A DNA stretch of 62,592 nucleotides, filler included, from Stramenopiles sp. TOSAG23-3 (taxonomy: Eukaryota), in the NCBI GenBank assembly GCA_900128585.1. It is 5 parts of 5 records of this genome, joined end to end, with 100 filler letters (N's around TTAATTAATTAA, not from the genome) between each part and the next. Parts side by side here need not be neighbours in the genome. Positions count along the whole stretch, not along the records: positions 37,706 to 50,126 come from LT642687.1; 4 more parts are not named here. The stretch is one strand, 5' to 3'. The stretch's first letter is position 1, and every line of letters starts with the position of its first letter. A program made the translations under genes and the position numbers. The notes below the pieces were generated by a model, which was not told the origin of the DNA, did not search any database, and saw only the letters and a program-made list of their open reading frames with translations. This document shows positions 37,903 to 46,900 of the stretch, one piece after another.

Positions 37903-38988
37903 ATGGACGCCCCTCGTAACATCGGTGTGCCTATCTGGAAACGGCCTCAGCACGTGAAAAAGATTGTCACCATTCGAGGTTCGGTCGCAGACAAAGAAAT
38001 GGTAAATAGTATTGGCACTGCAGTAACGGATGACCTCTGCAACAAAATTCTATGGTATGATCATCCGAAAAATTTGATAGACGTAGTGAAGGAGCATGCT
38101 GGCGCGGTGCCGCCACCAATTCCTTTGGGCCCGTCCGACTTCGAAGATGACGGGAGAATGAAAGTAGACACAATAGAAAAATGCATCGAAAGAGTGTACC
38201 CTGGTGCCTTGCCCAACCCAGCAATACGGAAAGCGGTGAAATCTGTGCTCTCAGATGAAGGTATGAATTTTACCAACACGTACCTAGTCAACTGCAGGTC
38301 CCTTCTCGAAAGCTCTCGCATATTTAAAGACGACTGGCTGTTCAGCATACCAAACTCAGCGAACTCCGGGTATGGGGGGGAGTACATGAATATTGGGGGG
38401 GAGGGGGGGATGCCGTTTGGTGGAAGGCACGCATTAGAGGCGGCGCTGCAACGCGTCCCGGATAGTTGCTGTATGTTGCTGTTGTACACGGCGCATACGG
38501 GGGTAGATCCTGCCGGGAATTTTGGGTTTGTTCAACGGTTAGACGAACAAACTGGGGTAGTTACTCCTCCGATGCAAACGTGCTGGGCAGGTATCAAAGC
38601 ATTCAAATCCTTGGTCAGAGACCCAGATTATGAACTGAGCATCGCGGAACGCTCCGACCGGCAGTATGCAAAAATATTTGACATTGTTAAAGAGCATTTT
38701 GAATTTATTTCCGAATCAGATGTTGTCACCGAAGCAATCGCGCACACCATGATGTCCAGAACACGTACGACGTTGTTAAAATATCTAGCAGAGCAGAAAG
38801 TTTCCCCGAACACCATGGTTATTTTAATGGGCGGAATTCAAATTGAAACCCCGGCTGGAATGCCCGACTATTTCAAGTTGGACAAATTAGAAATTCGCAC
38901 GGGAAATAAACCAGAAAACCTTCAAGACAAATCGGATCGATTAAAGTATTACGTAGACCGCGCACACCTATCTCATCACCACCATTAA
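37903..38988 (+). CDS. LCIB/LCIC (theta-type carbonic anhydrase-like) family protein, divergent
   Basis: Family-like motifs YPGAL, NIGGEGGMPFGG, RVPD, AHTGVD..G.FG.V.R, TCWA, SDRQ, LMGGIQIETP..DYF. ATG at 37903. Confidence 0.75.
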   Translation: MDAPRNIGVPIWKRPQHVKKIVTIRGSVADKEMVNSIGTAVTDDLCNKILWYDHPKNLIDVVKEHAGAVPPPIPLGPSDFEDDGRMKVDTIEKCIERVYPGALPNPAIRKAVKSVLSDEGMNFTNTYLVNCRSLLESSRIFKDDWLFSIPNSANSGYGGEYMNIGGEGGMPFGGRHALEAALQRVPDSCCMLLLYTAHTGVDPAGNFGFVQRLDEQTGVVTPPMQTCWAGIKAFKSLVRDPDYELSIAERSDRQYAKIFDIVKEHFEFISESDVVTEAIAHTMMSRTRTTLLKYLAEQKVSPNTMVILMGGIQIETPAGMPDYFKLDKLEIRTGNKPENLQDKSDRLKYYVDRAHLSHHHH

Positions 38989-39031
38989 GTTTTATAAACT
39001 CACAGAAATTTTATTTTTGTACTCTTTATGT

Positions 39032-39106
39032 NNNNNNNNNNNNNNNNNNNNNNNNNNNNNNNNNNNNNNNNNNNNNNNNNNNNNNNNNNNNNNNNNNNNN
39101 NNNNNN
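39032..39106. other. Scaffold gap (75 N, no linker core)
   Basis: N run without TTAATTAATTAA. Confidence 0.95.
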
Positions 39107-39734
39107 AACAAGAAAACCAACACGATGATGATGATATTTATATGTAATTAATTTTTTTATTTTATAATGCTCTTCTCGTTGTTGTGGCATATAATTCATT
39201 TCGACCTCTATGCTGTGCTATATTGACTTCAAATAAATGCCTTCCTTCAACAAGGCTCAAGGCACGCACCTGAAAAAGGAGAAACCAAATCACGAATTTC
39301 GATAATTAAGGTCATCCCAAATTCATCAATCACTTCATTGTGTTTAAACTACGTGCTTTCTATATTATAGACCGAGTACAGCAATGTAGTATAATATTTT
39401 ATTTATTGTTTTAGGTATCATATAAATACTTAATCTGTGATCGGTGGCCAAAAAAAAGGTGGTAAGTGGGTTAAAAAAATGTCTTTTTTTTGGACGTCTT
39501 TGCTGTGTGCTCCTGCTGTTTTATTGTTGTTGAGAACGGAAGAGAAGAAGAGAGAAGAAAAAAGAGGAGAACTACTATCGGTACAATAAAAAGATGAGCA
39601 CTACCGCCACAAATCACCAAAGCAAAATCGGAAGAGATCACACTATAATTCAGATAGTAAAAAGTATACAAAGGCGTCACTTCCATGTAAAGCACAACAT
39701 ACGTATTTAAAAAAAAGGCATACCGCAAACTGAT

Positions 39735-40313
39735 ATGAATGCAAAGCCGGGAGGAAACAAAGCTAAGAACGCATTTAGGCGGGCCAGGAACGCGATCAAA
39801 TTTGCGAACAGGTTAAGACGTGAGGTGGTAAAAGTAAGGCGAAGTGAGGGTGTAAATGTGGACATAACTATAAACGAAAAAGGGGTGGCCCAAGACGCAA
39901 AATTAAATTTGACAACTCGTGGGCAAAGGAGGAAGAGTCTGCCGTACTCTTTTGGTAGCAGTGTTCACCCACTGACAGATTTGAAAAACAGTGAGGTCAG
40001 CCTTCCAAGCCTCATTCGGTCTCTTGAGAGGGATGTGGACCCAGGGGGCGAACACAGTGCCGAAAGATACTGTGCCGAAGGCCCTGATCTACCAACCGTC
40101 ATTGGGACCAAGCTCCTCGCCAAACACAAGTTCTCCCCAAAAAAGAAAAAGATAAAGAAAACCGCATCACAAAATAACAAATTAAAAATCGTTCGTATTC
40201 CGAAGCGCTGCCGTTGGCAAAGGTCCAAAGTTGTCACTGTTGAATCCCTTTTTACCGCGAGGCTTCGGAAGCACGCCCACTTTGTCGAAAATTGTTACGT
40301 TGTGTACGATTGA
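39735..40313 (+). CDS. Hypothetical basic protein
   Basis: ATG-initiated 192-aa ORF in a GC-richer island; no motif recognised. Confidence 0.6.
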   Translation: MNAKPGGNKAKNAFRRARNAIKFANRLRREVVKVRRSEGVNVDITINEKGVAQDAKLNLTTRGQRRKSLPYSFGSSVHPLTDLKNSEVSLPSLIRSLERDVDPGGEHSAERYCAEGPDLPTVIGTKLLAKHKFSPKKKKIKKTASQNNKLKIVRIPKRCRWQRSKVVTVESLFTARLRKHAHFVENCYVVYD

Positions 40314-40554
40314 GCGTACACCAAAGTATTAGTACGGCACCCCTCGTGCTTGTGCATGCGTGTTTATTGTCATTTGTGTATATTAATTAATTTACTCTAA
40401 AGAGTATTAAGATTGATAACGGTGGCCTTTTGTCCATTTTACATTGATAAATTAATTTTTAATCAGATCGAATTTAGTTTTTATGTGTCATGACAAATAA
40501 GATATATCAAACAATATATATTAACAAGAAAAAATGGCTTCAAGCTTTGAAGTA

Positions 40555-40878
40555 ATTAAAAACAAAACAAAATTTGGCCTGTGTAGTAATTAAAATTTAT
40601 CTTCCTCACATGTACCGCGAAAATTTGTCAATTAAAGGTTTACGTTCCTTCATGTACTGCGAACTTAGCTAGCTCTTGTGGTTTTACTACATTACCATAT
40701 ATCAGAGGGTATCATATCACTTAAAAACGTTTCAAATTTACTCGCGAGCAAAGATAAGTTCGCAGGACATGAAAGGAACACCTGTAAACCTTGAATGTCT
40801 AAATGTCTAGAGTTCAGTTCGCAGTTACATAAATTTTAATGTGTTTACTTAAATAACAGCCAATTATCTTGTTTTAAA
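40555..40878. mobile_element. Putative MITE/foldback element with long imperfect inverted arms
   Basis: 40644-40670 (gttccttcatgtactgcgaacttagct) pairs with 40752-40779 (2 mismatches, 1 indel). Outer pairs: aaggtttac/gtaaacctt, attaaaatttat/ataaattttaat, and aaaacaa..ttggc/gccaa..ttgtttt. The arm sequence recurs at three other loci. Confidence 0.55.
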
Positions 40879-40980
40879 TTTACTCGCGTATCATTTATTC
40901 AAATTTGATATTTTTTTTAATTAAAATTTTATCGGTAAGTTTATGATTTTCACTTTTCGAACTAATCAAATGGGCGCATG

Positions 40981-43900
40981 TTAGTTCGCGGCTCCCGTTG
41001 CACTAGCGCCTTTCACGTCTTTTTCAGTTGGGCCTTGGGGGTCAGATTTTACGGCTTCTGCAGACACACACTGCACAGGGCCTGAAAAGCCATTCTTGTT
41101 CAATGCTGTGGCTAATTCTGAGCACGATTTTACAAAAGTAAGGGCGATCTCGTCTGCCTTGGGAGAAACAACACGAAAGCGGACTTCAACCAAGCCCTCA
41201 GCACGCGCGGCAAGACCGCGAATGTTTCCTAGCAGGCGACGACGGGAGGGTGAGCGAGGCAACGGCTCCCCTTCCTCTTCAACACTGACGACATCGTTGA
41301 TCTGGACGGCGTTGGGGTTGACCTTCAACATGGAAGCTATAGTTTGAACAAACCTTGCTTGCGTTTCATTGTCTTGAAATGCCTCCTTTGTGCTATGTAC
41401 TCTTACTACCGCGCTAACAGACTGTCGCTCATGGACGGGGACAGTCGCTTTCTTCAGCTGGTCTTTAGCGGCGCGCAAATCTGACGCCAGCTTCAAACGA
41501 TCGTCGGCCATCTTAACCAAGCTCGCGGTGGTCTCCTGCAGTTTCTTTGTTCCCTCTTTGATGATCGCATCCTTTTGCGCCATAGTGTGGTCGTCCTTTC
41601 GTTTTTCGTTCATCAAAAACGACGACGTATCACGCGATGACTGAAGCTCCGCGTCCTTGCGGCGCAAAGCATCAGTCTCACTGGAACCCTTCTTGGCGTC
41701 AAAAAATTCCCCTTTCAATTCCATCAATTGCGATCGCATTACAAGCTCCACAGCCATTCTTTCATGCAGCACCTTTTGCGCTGCTTTCAGCTTCATGCCT
41801 TCCGCATTAAGTCGCTGCTGCAGAGTGGTGTGAATAGCGCCGTACGACCTTGATAAATCGCCAGCAATCCGCGCGACAGTTTTCTCTAGTTCGCTGACGA
41901 TCGACTTTTGTGACGTTACATTGCTGACAGCGCGAGCAACTTCGTAATCGGCGCTCTTGATTAAGTTTTCACGGGACCATTTCTCCAAATTTGGTTGGCT
42001 AAAGTCTATGCCAGAACCATCCGTGTGGCTTTTAAATATTGCACTTTCCCCGCTAATATGGGCGGTTCTCAATTGTACAGCTACGAGTTCCCCGGCCGCT
42101 TTTTTCGCGGACGCGGCGGCTTCGTCAGCCATGACGGCGAACGCGTTGGACTCCTCCATTTTGTGCTCAGACACCAACTTCTGTTGCTTATCTCTAGCTA
42201 CGGCCGCGACTGTCTGCAACCTCTGTATTTCTGCCATTAGACTATCGACTGCTTTCATGGAAGCCATTTTGGTTTTTAGTTCCGTGTCTGCGTGTTTCCT
42301 TGCATCTGCTGCCAGCTTCAATTGTGTGCTACGAACCACATCGTTCGCTCGTCGAAAAACCTCCTTCGCCTCGCTGAGCTTGGCAATCGCAGGCTCCAAA
42401 AACTTGCGGTCCGACTCGCACTGTTTCTTTACTCCTGAATACGATACTTTCGCGGCCGCTAATTCCTTATCCCCAGTTGCGCTTGCTATAGCACCCTCCA
42501 TTGATAAAAGTAAATCGCTACATTTTTTGAACCGGGTCCTCATGTTCTGCTCCACTACCGTTGCATCGTCTAGGCGTTTCTTTGCATTTCTCTGCGCGGC
42601 CACAGCTGCCAGCTCTCGGCTCTGGTCGATAATTGATTGACGCTTGATTTTTGCAAGGTCTTCCTTGGACTTCTTCAGGTTTTTCTTAAAATCGACAGAC
42701 GGCATCGAAAATCCGTGGGATTCAAGGTGCTGCTTGGCTTGTGCGTGAGTGCGCGCTGCGTCTTTCGCCAACGACAGTGCGTGCTTCATTTCTAGGTCGG
42801 CCTTTTCTTTCCTCGAGTCGGCTATGGCCTTGGCTTCGGCTGCGCCAGCAATGCTATTATTGAGTTTACGCTGCATACTAACGACCAATTCTTTCTCTGC
42901 CTTCATAATTTTCGCTGCGGAAATTTTCGCCATCTCTACTTGGCCGGACAGTTTAGCTTGTGCCTCTTTCTCCGCGCTTGCCCTCATTTGAGTCAACAAT
43001 TCGTTGATGTTGCTTGGCAAAGCAGCGTCCACAGCTTTGTCTTTTCCTGCCTTTTCACCGCTTTTTCGAAGCCCTGGAACTTCAATCTTGCGTCCCGCAA
43101 GAAGTGCTTCCAACACAGCGCCAATGTCTTTCTTGCTATCGCTGGCTGCAACTCCCAAAATTGCCATTTTCTTCCTTCCTTCTGGGAATTTTTTGCTACC
43201 GCCAATGGAGGCGATAACTCTGCTTCGGAATGAGCTCTCTAACCCTTCCGTAGCGGCGGTCCTTCCCAATTTTTCAATGCTCTGTGGGTCTTTTCCGGCG
43301 ATCACTGCCTCTAACACCAGCGCTTTTTGGGCATCGTTCACAGCCTTTTTGTCAATCAAATCTTTTGCGGCTTGAACAGACGCGTCGTGTTTGTCTTCGT
43401 CTGCTTTCGTCAACGCCTCCTCTGTTGATAACTTCTCCTCCTTCGTCAAGTCTTGCGGCTTGGCTTCGGAGCTGGACGGTCTTAGCTTGAGAGGCACTTC
43501 CGCGCCGCCGCCAGATACAACCGTGCCTTGAAGACCAAAGTGCGTTTGGTCTTTCAGGCGATCTCCGTCGCGGATGCGTTTCGTTGGTTTGGAACTCAAC
43601 CTCCAGAATCCCACAACGCTAGTGTCACGGCCGTGGACAGCAGAGTTGGCAGCGTCCAGTTGCCGCGAGGCTGCACCCGCGTGGGCGGCGACTTCGCTAC
43701 GACCCAAAGCTCTGCCCCAAACTGCGGCATCGCTTAATTCCGCCTCCATACAGCAGGGAGAAGCCGGAACTTCACCGTTGACGCCATACGCCATCAGCAT
43801 AAGCTTGGGCTTCATCGCAAAATGACCACCACTATCACCAAAATCGATTGCACCGGCCTGTTCGCCAGCATTACTGACAGCTTCAGCAACGCCGTTGATA

Positions 43901-46900
43901 AACAGTCGCGCGACATTGTTGTCGTAAGTAGCCGCGATGTGCGTCCATTCCTCCAACTTAACAGGCGACTCACTGCGAACGTACGACAATTTAGGGTTGG
44001 TTCCCTTCGAGCCTTTCACGCCGAAGGTCCAGACAGGGGCCTCGCTCTCGTCGCTCAACGAAGGGGCGTAACCTACTACGAAACCCTTTTTGTATGGGCC
44101 ATTGCCGTCGACCTTCTTGGTCACAGAGTTGTACTTGTTCTCCCCGATCGCAGAAATTACAGCTTGAAATTTCTCAACGTCTACATTGTGGACACGAACC
44201 CATGCCTCGAAACTAAAACCACTGGATTGAGTCGTCTTGATACGCATGGCGTTGAAACCCTTTGTGCCGACATCGACGTACTCTACGCCAGTAAAAGAGG
44301 CGGATCCGATGGCACTTTTGGTATCCGAGGCGGCAGAAGGCGGGGCGGGGGTGTCCGCCGGTGGCTGGAGCGCAGCTGCACCCGCGGAGGGCGCCGTGCT
44401 CTTTATAGAGGACGCTTTGGCCCCAATCTTGACGGTCGTCGCCTTGGCCCCAGTTTTGACGGTCGTCGCCTTGACCTTCGCGGCAGCTTTCAGTTTCGCT
44501 TCGGTCGGGACTGCGGGCATCGCGGCCAACATCTTTGTGATGCCGCTGTCCAATCCCACTTTGCCTTTCGTTTGTTCCCCTATCGATTTAGCGGCCAAGA
44601 CTGCCGTTTTGCATTTCTGCATAGCCTTTTCCGACCCACCGGTGCTTTTCGCTTGCTCACACTTTTCGGCAGCGTCCACTACAAGGATTTTTACCCTTAA
44701 GTTTGACTCCTTCTTCGCGTCTTCCTCTTCTTGCTTGGCCATGCTGCTTTTCAAAGAAGTAATTTGTTTTTGGATTTTTTGCTGCTCTGTCTTGGATGCG
44801 GTTTTCTTCGACTTTGCGATAACCAGGAGCTGGTTCATTGACTTCATCTTTGCATTCAAACGCGCCTTTGCTTCCATCGATCGTGTTTCGCTGCGTTTTT
44901 CTCGAAGTTGAAGTTTCTTCTCTTCGCGATCCAAGTTCTGCGCTTTCAGTGTGGCCGCAGCCTCTTCAGCGGCGAGATGCTTCGCTTTTAAGGCTTCCGC
45001 GTTCGATTTTGCTTTCGCCAAGGCTTCGTGTGCCTTCGCACCGATGGTGTCTGCATGCTTCAGGGCGCTTCCCAACTCCTCGGAACCTTTTGACTTTGCT
45101 TCTTTCGCCGTCTTGGCTTTTGCCGTCAACTTTTTCCCAACTACTTTCTCCGCGCTTTGCAACTTCTTCTTATCGTTCTCGTTCTCGGCTTCGGCAGCAA
45201 CCAAAGTGACATTCCCTTTTACAACGTCTTCCTTCAAGGATTGGATTGACTTCGCGATGCGCACCTTCAAGCGAGCGCTTAAGTCCTTCTTTGCGTGCTT
45301 CAATGCACTAATGACGCTAGCAACCTTGCGGCGCAATTCAGCTTGCTCAACAACTGTTTTGTTGACAATGGAGACGACAGGTTTGCTAAGTGATACTTCG
45401 CCCATTTCTACTTCCATGCCCACGGCCTGAACCTTTTTGACAAACGTTGTCATATTAAATGAACTAAATCTTGATTTCACCGAGGCAGTTTCGGCCTTGT
45501 CCAACTTTGAAATGGTGCAGGAGAAGCGCTTCCCTTGCACAGCTCTGAACCTCATCTCGCCGCTGTTCGGCATGGCCACTGCCACTGTCACTTGGTTCAC
45601 GTGGACACCAAAGTATTTAGCGACGGCGCGCTCTAACTTCTGCTTGATTGAATCACTTTCTTCAACGGTGCCGTTAATGTCCAAAATTGAGGTGATGGAA
45701 CCACTGTATTGTACGGAGTCCTGAATGCGCTTCAAGCTAGCCACAAGTTCCGGGGACATAAGTTTTTCGCCTTGAACGGTGTTGTTCAGAACTACATCCA
45801 GTTCTGGCAAGTTTGGAAGGGTCGCTTCGCTTTCCAAATGATTAAGAAGCGTATTGCACAACGAGATCTTGTCGGAAATTTTCTTCCAGTCCTTGGTTCT
45901 GTTGCTTAGCGGCATGGACTCTACGAACTGAACGACTTCCTCCGGCTGCATTTTGTCTTCCCCAGTTTGCACTGCCTCCGCTTTGCGAAGTATCTCCTTT
46001 TGCTCGTGAAGCAATGCCTCGCTCGCGTCTGCCTTCTTGGTGGCAATGCCCATGTCCCTTTCTGCGACCATCAATTTCACTTCGGCTGGTGTCAATCTTG
46101 ATGTATCTTTCGGCATTGGAAAGCCAAGGTTCGACAAAGGCTCTAAGAATTTGATGGAAGCGGCGAAACCTTTAGGCTTCATCTGGCAATTTTCTGTCCC
46201 TCGTTTCGCACCAGGCACGGCCATCCATACGCCGAGCTTTGGGTACGACGTATTTGCTAGAAGCGGGTTCTCTTCTACGAGAGATTCCTCAGATATGCCG
46301 AACTTGTCGGCGATACTCACCAGACTATCGCCGGGGCGAACTTGATACGAACATTCTTTGGGTTCCTGTTTCGCTACGTGAGCAGGGTGATTTTTCCATG
46401 GGCGTGGGGAAAGCTTTTTTAAAGCTTTAGGTGGTTGGATCAACTCGTGCAAGTGGCCCATGACCTTCTTAAGTGCTTTTTCTTCGACGGCAAAATCGTT
46501 GCCGTTCTTGCTGTTTTCCACGCTGTTCAGAACTTTCGATACCGACTGAACTGCGTCAAGTGCCTTCGATCGCTTCTCCGCCATGATGGCGTACAAGTCG
46601 GCCTTCGCTTCGCAGCGAATGTGATTGCCGTGGTAAAATTTGTGTTGCTTTACGTACAGGCGATCAATGTCGTTTACGCTCACTGTTGCACGATCAGCAG
46701 CCGCCTTGGTGGTCGAAACAAGGAGTTCCAGCCTTGGCATGCGCTTTTCCAAGTTCTTAAGGGCGTTTTCCGAAATTTTGTGCATGTGGGCCATGTCTAG
46801 CGAAAAGTAAGTGGTCGGCTCCGCCTTCGCGGCGGTGCCCGCCCACGAGTCGGCGACGTCACGGATAACTTTGTGGATCGACGCGGCGCTCTCTTTTGCG

